This document shows, one piece after another, positions 53,862-63,281 of a DNA stretch of 64,000 nucleotides. Made by a program: the position numbers and the translations under genes. This DNA comes from an uncultured Ignavibacteriales bacterium (GTDB lineage: Bacteria > Zixibacteria > MSB-5A5 > GN15 > FEB-12). The DNA is taken from assembly GCA_964489705.1 (NCBI GenBank), contig CAZAZQ010000005.1, positions 101,496 to 165,495 of the forward strand. The letters are read 5' to 3'. Position 1 is the first letter of the stretch; the number at the start of each line of letters is the position of its first letter. The notes under the pieces are model-generated. The model ran no database searches and was not told the DNA's origin. It saw nothing but the letters and a program-made list of their open reading frames with translations.

Positions 53862-53991
53862 CTTTATTTTTTTCTAACAATGTTCCCTATTGAGCGCCAA
53901 TAAGTTATTGACAAAGAGTTCTCCGCTTCGCTCTATTTCTAACAGATTTCTAACTGGTTTATTCGCATTTTGCCTTGATAAGGGCCAAAAA

Positions 53992-55122
53992 ATGGCAAGT
54001 ATTCAATCCAAAATATCACGAACCGGCAAGAAAACCTACTACGTGGTGGTCTCGATCAAAGGCAAACACAAATGGATCAAAGCTGGAACTCTCAGGCAAG
54101 CCAAGACTCTCAAGAAAGACATCGAGTCGTTGGAAAACTCCCAGCGTGTGGAAAAGCTTGGGCTTTCAGCAAAAGATATCAGAATTGACGACTTCTTCCA
54201 AGCGTATGCTGAGTATGTCAAGCCTCGAGCCGCTCCGAACACCCTCAAACGCTATCTTGGCGTGATAAACACCTTTATTGTCTTTCTTGATATGTTTCAT
54301 CCCAAACTAACGTACCTCTCCCAGGTTACCCCGGAGATTATTGAAGACTTCATGCAGAAACGCTTGGAATCAATTGACCTGAAAACTGCTGCAGACGGAG
54401 AAAAGTACGGCGTACACAAAAACAAGAGACTGCCTCGTCCGCAGACCGTGAACTATGAAGTGAGTGTCTTGAGGAGTGCGTTTATTTGGGCGCATGAGCG
54501 AGAGCTTATTCCTAGTGTGCCGACTAAGAAGGTCAAGAAACTGAGAGTGGAGAGCTTAAAGCAAGCCCGGATTCTTACCAAGGAAGAGTGCAAACTTTTT
54601 CTAAAGACAGCGCGTGAATTGGCAAAGAGTGATTCTCGTCTGAGAGTGTATGCGAAAGCGTTTGCGTTTCTTTTGAACACTGGTTTGCGTTCGGGCGAGT
54701 TGTGTCATCTGACATGGGATGACATTGAGGTGGAAAGCGGGCTGATTCGGATTCAGGCAAAAGAAGGTTGGTCACCGAAATCGTATTCGCGGGAGTTCTA
54801 CTTAAATGCTTCTGCTCGCCGGATCTTGAAGAGCCTGAAACGAGAAACAGAGTACGTCTTTGTCAATCACTTAGGCAAACCTTTAGAGAGTGATGACTTG
54901 AGGAAAGTCTTGATCCGAGTCGCACGAACAGCCGGGATAACTGATTTCACGCGGGTACACGATCTGAGACACACCTTCAGCAGTCACTTGCAGATGAACG
55001 GCGTTGATGCAGCGACAGTGGCAGCGATTCTCGGACACAAGGATATTTCCACTACTCAGATTTACACTCACCAAACCCAAGAGCACCTAAGACAGAGTAT
55101 TGAGAAGTTGAAGGTTGGGTGA
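53992..55122 (+). CDS. int: Tyrosine-type site-specific integrase (phage integrase family)
   Basis: The N-terminal SAM-like/core-binding region is followed by a catalytic domain with [15 protein letters not shown] (Arg), [15 protein letters not shown] (H-x-x-R), LGH and TTQIYTH (Tyr). The start is set at ATG 53992 (MASIQSK...) and the track ORF starts at TTG 53890. Confidence 0.9.
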   Translation: MASIQSKISRTGKKTYYVVVSIKGKHKWIKAGTLRQAKTLKKDIESLENSQRVEKLGLSAKDIRIDDFFQAYAEYVKPRAAPNTLKRYLGVINTFIVFLDMFHPKLTYLSQVTPEIIEDFMQKRLESIDLKTAADGEKYGVHKNKRLPRPQTVNYEVSVLRSAFIWAHERELIPSVPTKKVKKLRVESLKQARILTKEECKLFLKTARELAKSDSRLRVYAKAFAFLLNTGLRSGELCHLTWDDIEVESGLIRIQAKEGWSPKSYSREFYLNASARRILKSLKRETEYVFVNHLGKPLESDDLRKVLIRVARTAGITDFTRVHDLRHTFSSHLQMNGVDAATVAAILGHKDISTTQIYTHQTQEHLRQSIEKLKVG

Positions 55123-55414
55123 AGTACATGACAGTTCCTGTTTTTGAGGCATGTAAAGATTTCTTGCATTTCTTTAGGTATTTTCAAGAAATACTGACAT
55201 TATCTGTCAGGGTATTGTGCATATTTGTGGTGTGAAGACAGGTGGCCGACGTTAAACAGTTTCTTCTTGCTTTACGTACTGCTGGTTCTATGCATGTAGG
55301 AAAGACGCAAAAGATTCATCAAGGTTTGGAACAAGAAGTGAAAATGGTTGCTTTTTGCTGTAGTATGGTGCTTATTTAAGTTATGGCTGAGTGAATAACT
55401 AAGATGGGTTCGAG

Positions 55415-56395
55415 ATGGACAAGAGGGTCACATCTTTTCGATTCGTTAGCTATCGCGTTGACTTTACTGCAACAGAAAAAGTTCTGCTTGCTCCTATCCC
55501 GGAAGTGAGCTTTCGAGGTGGCTTCGGCTACGTTTTCAAACAAATTGTCTGTCTCGATAAAAAAGGCGACTGTTCAACGTGTTTGCTGCAGAGTTACTGT
55601 CCATATTACCAAATATTCGAATCGCCGGCAAAGGAAGGGAAGATATATACGCAGAAATATTCTTTTCTACCGCATCCGTTTGTTATGAGGTTTCCCGAAG
55701 AACAACCTTCTGTTGTCGGTGCTGGTGAAAGTTTTTCAGTCGAGTTTAATCTCCTCGGGAACGCTAATTCCTTTTTCCCGTATCTCGTCACTTGCTTTCA
55801 ACGACTTGGTGAGATGGGCTTGGGAAAAAGCAGAGGAAAATGTACGTTAGAAAATATCCATACCGTGGATGGGAAAGGGAAACCTGGAGCGCTGGTATAC
55901 TCTTCTCGAACGAATAGGCTCATGGCTGAAAAAGACTCATCGGTAAGTATTCTAATTGACGAGGAGGAAATAATACGTTCTTTTTCCGAAGGTAACTCAC
56001 AGTTGGAAATTGAATTTGTGTCGCCGTTACGCATAAAGCATAACGGAACTTATCGACATAATTTATCTTTTGACATTCTCGTGAAAGGAATGTTGAGAAG
56101 AATCTCTTCGTTACTGGATATCTATTTGAACGGGTCACTGTCCCGCAGTTTCTCTGAGTACTTGTTGGAAATGGCTGGCAAAGTCAAAACCGTGAGGAGA
56201 GATATCGCCTGGCAGGAAATCGAGAGATATTCGAAGAGAAAGGATACCTCTATGAGGTTAGGAGGATATGTCGGTAGAATAGTCTACGAAGGACGTGTGT
56301 CTTCTTATGTGACACTGCTTGAGATAGCTCGTGCTTGGCATATTGGTAAAGCGAGCTCTTTCGGTTTTGGAAGAATTAACTACAAGTTGAGGTGA
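55415..56395 (+). CDS. cas6: Cas6-family pre-crRNA endoribonuclease (RAMP, type III-associated variant with N-terminal Cys cluster)
   Basis: The C-terminal glycine-rich loop is HIGKASSFGFGRI, as in Cas6. The duplicated ferredoxin-like layout is plausible. It sits immediately upstream of cas10, as in the Mycobacterium-type III-A locus order. Confidence 0.7.
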   Translation: MDKRVTSFRFVSYRVDFTATEKVLLAPIPEVSFRGGFGYVFKQIVCLDKKGDCSTCLLQSYCPYYQIFESPAKEGKIYTQKYSFLPHPFVMRFPEEQPSVVGAGESFSVEFNLLGNANSFFPYLVTCFQRLGEMGLGKSRGKCTLENIHTVDGKGKPGALVYSSRTNRLMAEKDSSVSILIDEEEIIRSFSEGNSQLEIEFVSPLRIKHNGTYRHNLSFDILVKGMLRRISSLLDIYLNGSLSRSFSEYLLEMAGKVKTVRRDIAWQEIERYSKRKDTSMRLGGYVGRIVYEGRVSSYVTLLEIARAWHIGKASSFGFGRINYKLR

Positions 56396-56398
56396 TTT

Positions 56399-58729
56399 GT
56401 GGATTTAGGGTATTCAAAAGACGATGTGCAAGCAACACTTCTGGCGGCGTTGCTTCACGATATTGGCAAGTTTGAGCAGCGGTCAATGACTCAGCGAATT
56501 AAACATCCTAAAGTGGGGGGAGAGTTTATTTTGAGAACAATGGGAAAAGAATGGGAAAAAGTAGCTAATATAATTTTGGCTCACCACGATCCCTCTTCAT
56601 ACTCCCAAGAAGCTGAGCTTGCCAAGATTGTGGCGATTGCTGACCATTTATCTGCTGCAGAACGAGAGAAGACCAGTGATGAACCTAAAAACCCGAGGGA
56701 TTATTTTCTTCACTCAATTTTCAGTAAGCTTATGATTGAAGATCAAGAAGGTGAAAAAAGAAGCTATAAGAACTCTCCGGCGGTTTTTCCTCTGCGACAA
56801 CTTACCCCTGACTTACGAGTGTGCTTTCCAGAAACCAATAGTAAAGGAGCCTTTGACAACAGAGAGAGGAATATCCAGCAGTATAGAAGTTTATGGCATG
56901 ATTTTGAGAGGGAATTCCAGAGCATAGACTTTGAGGGGACAATCGATTTTCAGAGTAATGATTATATCATTACAAGCATTCTTTCTCTTTTGGAAAAATA
57001 TACTACGTTTGTTCCCTCGGCTACATATCGTTCGGCCCCGGATATTTCGCTTTTTCTTCACGTGAAGTCTACGGCTGCACTGGCGGCATGTATAATGTCT
57101 CAGGTGGCTAGGGCTGATATCGGGAACCTGCATGAAGAAGTCACCAAACGGAATTTCAAAGACGCTTCTCGCGAAGAACTCTTTCGGCTTTTATTGTGTG
57201 ACTTGTCCGGCATCCAGAACTTTCTGTATTCAGTCCCTTCAGAACGTGCTTTGAAGAACTTGAAAGGTCGCTCGGTATACGTCCAGTTGCTCAGCGAATC
57301 GCTGGCTCGATTTATTTTAAAAAGATACTCGAAAAGCAATCCGAAAAGCTATCCCCTACCTATTACAAACATTATTTTCGTCGGTGGTGGAAACTTCTAC
57401 TTACTATTGCCTGCCCGTGCAGTTGATATCGAGCAGTTGAAACAAGACGTTTCGCTTCTTTTGGATGAAAGAGAAGAGTCCGGGATTATGCCGATCATTG
57501 ATAGTGTTCTCTTAACGCCACGTGATTTTCTTGAGAATAAGTTTGGTGAAAAGTGGCATGAGGTTCACAAGAGGGTTGCGGTTGAGAAGAGAAGGAAAGG
57601 AAGGTATTTCCTTCTTGATAAAGAGAGGTCATCCCGGTTTCTGTTGAGTTTGGAGAAAGAGTATCCTAACGGGCGTGGAAGCTTCTCTGGTGAAGATTAT
57701 GAAGAATTGGCACGGAAAGTTACCAATGCCAGATGGCTTTACCTCCCAAGCTCGGTGGCAGCGATAAGAGAGCAAAAAGGAACAAAACTGCTTGAAACAG
57801 TGTGGGTGTTTGAAAGGGACAAAAACAGTTCACGAAAGGGATTCTCGGTAAATAATTACCATGAGATTGATGGAAATTGTCAGGGGTATTATCGCATTGC
57901 TAATCATACGGCGCCGGGAAAAGAGCATGAGTGGTCTGCCACCCTTGAGGACCTTGCGGAACGATGTGAAACCGGGAAAAAGACCTGGGGGGTGATTCGA
58001 GCCGACGTAGATAATCTGGGAGAATTGTTCAGGAAAGGACTAGACAAAGTTACCATCTCGCGAATTGCTACTCTCAGCAATATGTTTTCGCTTTTCTTTA
58101 GTAGCCATCTTCAGACAATTCTGCAAAGAGAAAAGTATGAAAACAAGTCTATTGTTGTCTATTCCGGCGGTGATGATCTCTTTATCATCGGCTCATGGGA
58201 TATTTTGGTGGACTTAGCGTATGACATACGGACTGACTTTCAAAGATTTACGGGTCGCGATGACATTACCCTTTCAGCAGCAATCTATGTTTCGGCAACC
58301 GCAAAGTATCCGGTTATTGAGGCTGCTAAGGCGGCTGGTGAGATGTTGAAAAAAGCCAAAGAAGCCGGGAAAAACCGGGTGTGTTTTCTTGATGACACAC
58401 CACTTACGTGGGAGGAATTGGACGAAGTTCGGAAGGTTAAAGATCAGATTCTCATGTGGCTTGCGTCGACCGGTGGGGATGTAAGAGAGACTCGTTCACT
58501 CCTTCGCATTCTCAGGGAATCTTTGAGTTATGAAAGTGGTGAGGAAAGGAGTCTGTCTCATATTTATCGGTTTGTGTATTCCATAAAACGTTGGGTGGAG
58601 CGTCAGAAAAACTTTCCCCAAGAACAACTGTCTGACTTAAGAAATACTTTTATCATAGATTATCAATTCAAGAAAAATTTAAGTTATTCGGTCCGTTGGG
58701 CAGAACTTCTTACAAGGCAGGAGTCATAA
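56399..58729 (+). CDS. cas10: Cas10/Csm1, type III-A large subunit with HD nuclease and cyclase (GGDD) domains
   Basis: The N-terminal HD domain has LLAALLHDIGKF and ILAHHD. Palm 1 has LLLCDLSGIQNFLY. Palm 2 has GVIRADVDNLGELF and VYSGGDDLFIIGSW. Confidence 0.92.
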   Translation: MDLGYSKDDVQATLLAALLHDIGKFEQRSMTQRIKHPKVGGEFILRTMGKEWEKVANIILAHHDPSSYSQEAELAKIVAIADHLSAAEREKTSDEPKNPRDYFLHSIFSKLMIEDQEGEKRSYKNSPAVFPLRQLTPDLRVCFPETNSKGAFDNRERNIQQYRSLWHDFEREFQSIDFEGTIDFQSNDYIITSILSLLEKYTTFVPSATYRSAPDISLFLHVKSTAALAACIMSQVARADIGNLHEEVTKRNFKDASREELFRLLLCDLSGIQNFLYSVPSERALKNLKGRSVYVQLLSESLARFILKRYSKSNPKSYPLPITNIIFVGGGNFYLLLPARAVDIEQLKQDVSLLLDEREESGIMPIIDSVLLTPRDFLENKFGEKWHEVHKRVAVEKRRKGRYFLLDKERSSRFLLSLEKEYPNGRGSFSGEDYEELARKVTNARWLYLPSSVAAIREQKGTKLLETVWVFERDKNSSRKGFSVNNYHEIDGNCQGYYRIANHTAPGKEHEWSATLEDLAERCETGKKTWGVIRADVDNLGELFRKGLDKVTISRIATLSNMFSLFFSSHLQTILQREKYENKSIVVYSGGDDLFIIGSWDILVDLAYDIRTDFQRFTGRDDITLSAAIYVSATAKYPVIEAAKAAGEMLKKAKEAGKNRVCFLDDTPLTWEELDEVRKVKDQILMWLASTGGDVRETRSLLRILRESLSYESGEERSLSHIYRFVYSIKRWVERQKNFPQEQLSDLRNTFIIDYQFKKNLSYSVRWAELLTRQES

Positions 58730-58730
58730 T

Positions 58731-59144
58731 ATGGAGCCAAAGCAAAATAGAAAAAGTGAACGTCAAAAGAATGAGTTTGATGAGATCCCTCCTAACGTGA
58801 AAAAACAAATTATAGAGAAGGGAGATGGGAAGCTCATAAATGAGTGGGGCGAAAAACTCGGGAAACAGTATGCTGAGAAAAAACTCAGCACCTCGAAAAT
58901 ACGGAAATTCTTCGGTGGTATTGAGCGAATAAAGGATTTTGATGAAAATGAGCTTCAGCTACTCAGGCCACAATTAGCGTACGTGGTGGGAAAAGAGAAA
59001 GATAACAAAGCTGTAAAGCATTTCCGAGATGAGATTGACGCTCTCATCTGTTTGGTAACAAAGCGTGAAGAGTTCAATAATTTGAAACGGTTCCTCGAAT
59101 CTTTGGTAGCGTACCATAGATTCCATGGTGGAAAGGTGAGTTAG
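58731..59144 (+). CDS. csm2: Csm2, type III-A small subunit (Cas11 family)
   Basis: 137 aa, helical and K/E-rich, with the STSKIRKFFGGIERI motif typical of Csm2. It sits between cas10 and csm3. Confidence 0.75.
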   Translation: MEPKQNRKSERQKNEFDEIPPNVKKQIIEKGDGKLINEWGEKLGKQYAEKKLSTSKIRKFFGGIERIKDFDENELQLLRPQLAYVVGKEKDNKAVKHFRDEIDALICLVTKREEFNNLKRFLESLVAYHRFHGGKVS

Positions 59145-59147
59145 GTT

Positions 59148-59954
59148 ATGGCTGACAATAATAACTTTGGTTTAATCGGGAAGCTGCTGATAACTTCTGA
59201 TGTTCGAGTTATAACCGGTCTTCGGATCGGGGGAGCTTCAGGGGGGCTTAAGATTGGAGGGGTGGATCTCAATGTTATTACTGATCCGACCGGAAAACCA
59301 TATATCCCCGGTTCCTCTATTAAAGGAAAGTTGCGCTCTTTGTTTGAGAAGAGAATGGCACTGACTGAAAAAGAATATTTTGATCCTAAAAGCGGGCAAA
59401 GAAAGATAAAAAGCTATGAAGAATATGAGAATTGTCTTTCCTCCCGTATATTCGGAAACCTGCTTAAGGATAAGAATGTTGAGCACCCCACTCTCACCCG
59501 GCTTTATGTACGGGATGTCTATTTAGATGAAGAGAGTATTAGAGAATTGCAGCCGAACATCGATTTGCCCTATACGGAAGTAAAGTTCGAAACTGCTATT
59601 GACAGGTTGCGTGGCACTGCTGCTAGCGGTTCCCTTCGCCAAATTGAGCGAGTTCCGGCTGGAGCGGTGTTTAGAGATCTGGAGATGGTTTTCAACATCT
59701 ACTTGGAGGAAGACAAAAATTTGCTCAAACATTTTCTTCCGACTTTGCGGATGCTTGAGGATGACTATCTCGGAGGAATGGGTTCTCGAGGATACGGTAA
59801 GATAAAGTTTGAAAATCTCAAGCTCGTCTGGAATAACGCTGAGAATTACAAGACCGGAAAGCTACCTGGAAAGGTGCTTATTGAGGGATGCAGTTCTGTA
59901 GAAGAGGTCGTTAAAAGCATCAACGGTATAATAGCTGGAATGAACGGATTATGA
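59148..59954 (+). CDS. csm3: Csm3 (Cas7-family RAMP, crRNA backbone and target-RNA cleaving subunit)
   Basis: GLRIGGASGGLKIGGVDLNVITD carries the putative catalytic Asp40 context. IPGSSIKGKLRSLFE and the G-rich loop GGMGSRGYGKIKF are present. Confidence 0.9.
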   Translation: MADNNNFGLIGKLLITSDVRVITGLRIGGASGGLKIGGVDLNVITDPTGKPYIPGSSIKGKLRSLFEKRMALTEKEYFDPKSGQRKIKSYEEYENCLSSRIFGNLLKDKNVEHPTLTRLYVRDVYLDEESIRELQPNIDLPYTEVKFETAIDRLRGTAASGSLRQIERVPAGAVFRDLEMVFNIYLEEDKNLLKHFLPTLRMLEDDYLGGMGSRGYGKIKFENLKLVWNNAENYKTGKLPGKVLIEGCSSVEEVVKSINGIIAGMNGL

Positions 59955-60913
59955 AATATTCCATATGTCGTTTCAAGCCTAAGAGCTCCTTTCACTTGGG
60001 GACCAAAGAAGGTTGGATTGAAGGTTCTGAAAAGCAGATTCATTCCGATACTCTTTTCTCGGCTTTTTGTCATTGTTATGTTTTGCTCTATGGACAAAAG
60101 GAGCTGGAAGAGTTTCTTCGTTCGTATGACGATGCCCCTCCGCTTATCCTCTCTTCGGTCTATCCGTTGGTTGAGGGGCGGTACTTGCTCCCTTTACCGT
60201 TGAATCAATTTTTCGACGATCCCAAGAAGCGCGGTGTCCAGTGGTTAGGAGTGGAAGATTTCAGCCTTGCTCTCCACGGCAAATCGATCGAAAAGAATGT
60301 CGAGGAAAACCAGGACTGTCGGAATCCTCTTGAGTCGAAGGTAAAGGTGGAAGCAACCCCTCGCGTGACCATTTCAGCTTTTACGAATACGGTGACGAGT
60401 GAAGAAGGAGGATTCTACCAAATCGGTCAAGTGTTCTTTGATGAATCGGTGGAGCTGTATTTCATCTATGAACTGAGCGAGCGATTTCCCGAAAGCAAAT
60501 TCAAGGCTGTTCTGAATCTGATGGCTGATGAGGGAATAGGCGGGGATCGCTCGGTTGGGAAAGGCTTTTTTCATTATCCCACCTATGAGACGATTGAGGT
60601 ACCCTCTCCTCCGGAAGCAAACGCCAGAGTGGTTCTTTCGCTTTATTATCCGCAGACATTGCCAATGCAAGACATAGACACCGCCTTTTACGATTTCATT
60701 GTCCGAGCCGGGTATATTTTTTCACCATTTGAGCAGCATACCAAGAGAAAGACGGTAAGGATGTTTACCGAAGCGTCAGTCTTTTCGGACAAATGCTTTG
60801 ACGGTGGAAAGCTGGTAGACGTCACGCCGAATGGCTTCACTTTGCATCGGGTCTATAGATATGGGGTGCCGTTAACAATGCCGTGTCTTTTGGAGGTTGA
60901 GAAAGATGGGTAG
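59951..60913 (+). CDS. csm4: Csm4 (Cas5-family RAMP)
   Basis: FHLGTKEG...IHSDTLFSAFCHCY and the G-rich loop GIGGDRSVGKGFF are present. An ATGA overlap joins it to csm3. Confidence 0.85.
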   Translation: MKYSICRFKPKSSFHLGTKEGWIEGSEKQIHSDTLFSAFCHCYVLLYGQKELEEFLRSYDDAPPLILSSVYPLVEGRYLLPLPLNQFFDDPKKRGVQWLGVEDFSLALHGKSIEKNVEENQDCRNPLESKVKVEATPRVTISAFTNTVTSEEGGFYQIGQVFFDESVELYFIYELSERFPESKFKAVLNLMADEGIGGDRSVGKGFFHYPTYETIEVPSPPEANARVVLSLYYPQTLPMQDIDTAFYDFIVRAGYIFSPFEQHTKRKTVRMFTEASVFSDKCFDGGKLVDVTPNGFTLHRVYRYGVPLTMPCLLEVEKDG

Positions 60914-61901
60914 ACAGTATGTGACGTTGAAAGTTCTTTCGCCGGTCCACATTGGTTCGGGAGACGAATTCAGCCCCGCTGAGTATTTCTTTTCGCAGGG
61001 AAAGTGTCATATTTTGGATGTTCCGTCTCTTCTGAAAGATGCGGCGTTTCAGCCGTACTTTGAAAAGTACCTTGAGAATACCGCAGAGCATCTCCCCGTT
61101 GCAAAGTATGTGCCGGAGGAAATCCTGCAGAGACATATCCGCTACAGCCTTCCGGCAGTCGGAAAGGCTGTGGAGAAGTTGGCTCACAACGCTCTGAGTA
61201 TTAGGACCGTTATCAAGTCGGCGGAAGGCGTGATTGTACCGGGAAGCTCCATAAAAGGGAGTATCCTTTCCGCAATGATCTGGTATGTCTTGGAGAAGCA
61301 AGCAAAGAAAAACAACAGAATTAGGGAGATATTGGAAAATACTCTCAAAAGAAGGCAGGGGAGATCGCGGCAGAAGGATGTGAAGACCTGGGATAACAAA
61401 GCAATGCTTAAGTATGTCATGCCGAAACTTGGGAACACCGGCAATAAGGCATTTACGGCATGGTTGCGGGTTTCGGACTCCTTCCCCCTTCCGGTTCATG
61501 AGGCAGTCGAGGTTCGATGTGCCGAGGTGGAAGGAAGTCGTTCCCGGAGGCGGAACCAGAGCGCTTTGCCGATTCTTTATGAAGCACTCAAGCCGGGAGT
61601 GACTTTCCGCGTGGAAGTCGATACCTCTATGTGCCTTCATTCATGGGACGATATTCTTGACGCCCTTTTCGGTTTCTACAATGCTGTTTATGATAAAGAT
61701 ATTTCCAGGGGAATTGATTCGGAGTGGGAGCCCGACGAGGATGCCGTGCTGCTGCGGCTTGGGCAGGGCTCGACAGCTTTTGCCACCTCTTTGTTGGTGC
61801 TGGCAGAGGATCTGAAAATAGACTACTATGTGAAGGCTCCGGTAACAAGAAAACGTATTGACGGTATCCCTATGGGATGGATGGAGGTTCTTGAATCATG
61901 A
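60906..61901 (+). CDS. csm5: Csm5 (Cas7-like RAMP)
   Basis: The ATG at 60906 (GGAGG 9 nt upstream) overlaps the csm4 stop by 8 nt. VLSPVHIGSGDEFSPAEYFF and VPGSSIKGSILSAM are typical of Csm5. Confidence 0.8.
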   Translation: MGRQYVTLKVLSPVHIGSGDEFSPAEYFFSQGKCHILDVPSLLKDAAFQPYFEKYLENTAEHLPVAKYVPEEILQRHIRYSLPAVGKAVEKLAHNALSIRTVIKSAEGVIVPGSSIKGSILSAMIWYVLEKQAKKNNRIREILENTLKRRQGRSRQKDVKTWDNKAMLKYVMPKLGNTGNKAFTAWLRVSDSFPLPVHEAVEVRCAEVEGSRSRRRNQSALPILYEALKPGVTFRVEVDTSMCLHSWDDILDALFGFYNAVYDKDISRGIDSEWEPDEDAVLLRLGQGSTAFATSLLVLAEDLKIDYYVKAPVTRKRIDGIPMGWMEVLES

Positions 61902-63187
61902 GTGAGGGCATCAGAAAAGTATTGCTTGCCACGGTCGGAACCGGAAGAACCGGTGAAGACATCGCAGACATGTTGCTTGACACTTTGAAAGAAAGCAATC
62001 CGGATTTGACGTATTTCCTTGCCAGCAAAAAAACCGAGAAAGAAACGATCCCGTTTTTTGAGAAGAAAAACAACGGACAATATGATTATCGGACTGTAGT
62101 TCTTGAGAACGAAAATGACCTTCAGGCTATTTATAAACTGGTTGCACGGCTTGTGAATGAAATAACTTCACAATACTCCTTGTCGGCGTCTGACTTGGCT
62201 GTGGATTTTACAAGTGGCACCAAGGCAATGTCGGCTGGGCTTGTCCTTGCTGCGATATCCGAAGGAATAGAAAGTTTTATCTATGTGGCTGGAGAGCGCG
62301 ACAAAGAGGGCAGAGTCATGGCGGGTGGGGAGCAGAGGGTGAATGCGAGAGCCGCTCTTATCTTGAAGGAGCGAGAGCTCGAAAAGGCTATGGCGTTGTT
62401 TAATTACCGGCAGTTTTCAGCTGTTATAAATCTGGTGCAGCCGATTGAAAAGAAAATAAAAGTCCCGGAAATTCACAATCGCGCGAAGTTGCTGCGGCTG
62501 TTTGCCGAGACATACCAGGCATGGGATAACTTTGACCATAAGATGGCAGTCGAAAAAGTCGATGAGCTTGGTCGTCTGAAGAGAGAAGATGAGGGATTTG
62601 CTTCGGAAGTGGAAGTGCACAAGGGATTATCAAAGAAGATCAAGTATGCCTCTGAGCATCTACACAAGCTCGAGAAAGAATCTGAAGAGAAGAAGCACAG
62701 CATGCCGATACTTGTGGACATCGTTGCCTCGGCGCAGCGGAGAAAGGAAGCGGGGAAGTATGACGATGCGGCGGCGCGTTTGTATCGCGCTCTGGAATAT
62801 GCGGCGCAGTTGCGTCTTGATGAAGAGCACGACATTGACGATACCGGTAAGGTTCCCGAAGAGAAGGTGCCGCCTGCCTTGCTTGAAGATAGTAATCATC
62901 CCTTGCAGCGAAAAGGCGCTTACTTCAAGTTGCCGCTGATGAAAAGTTATGAGCTTCTTCAGGTGAAGTTCGATGATTCGTTAGGAAAGCGGTTCATGAG
63001 CGAGAAGTCGGAAGTGGAAAAGCATTTGAGCAAGAGAAATGATTCGATTCTTGCTCACGGGGTTCGCTCCTTGAGTGAAGAAGACGTCGACAGTTTCTAT
63101 CAATGGTTAGTGGGGTTTCTTTCGGATGAGCTGGATTCCTCCTTCGGGAAGATGGTTGAAAAGATAGAGTTTTACCGCTTTCCTTGA
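61898..63187 (+). CDS. CARF-HEPN ancillary effector (Cas02710/TIGR02710-like, functional analog of Csm6/Csx1)
   Basis: The N-terminal Rossmann-like CARF has VLLATVGTG and DFTSGTKAMSAG. The C-terminal HEPN motif R-x6-H occurs in KRNDSILAHG. An ATGA overlap joins it to csm5. Confidence 0.8.
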   Translation: MSEGIRKVLLATVGTGRTGEDIADMLLDTLKESNPDLTYFLASKKTEKETIPFFEKKNNGQYDYRTVVLENENDLQAIYKLVARLVNEITSQYSLSASDLAVDFTSGTKAMSAGLVLAAISEGIESFIYVAGERDKEGRVMAGGEQRVNARAALILKERELEKAMALFNYRQFSAVINLVQPIEKKIKVPEIHNRAKLLRLFAETYQAWDNFDHKMAVEKVDELGRLKREDEGFASEVEVHKGLSKKIKYASEHLHKLEKESEEKKHSMPILVDIVASAQRRKEAGKYDDAAARLYRALEYAAQLRLDEEHDIDDTGKVPEEKVPPALLEDSNHPLQRKGAYFKLPLMKSYELLQVKFDDSLGKRFMSEKSEVEKHLSKRNDSILAHGVRSLSEEDVDSFYQWLVGFLSDELDSSFGKMVEKIEFYRFP

Positions 63188-63281
63188 TAGGGCGCTCTGC
63201 TCTTTGACAACTGAATCTTGGTCTGTTTTCACTAAAGAACCGGTGTAAAGAAAAGTGAAACAGCCGATATTTTTATTGGCT

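Noticed and set aside
53890-53991. Longer integrase N-terminus starting at TTG 53890 (track ORF)
   Set aside because: The extension would begin 29 nt after the tRNA and read through the TTTCTAAC repeats. The ATG at 53992 gives the typical integrase N-terminus ([15 protein letters not shown]).
55123-55414. Possible CRISPR array or leader between the integrase and cas6
   Set aside because: There are no repeated units of 24-40 nt. Only two short palindromes are present.
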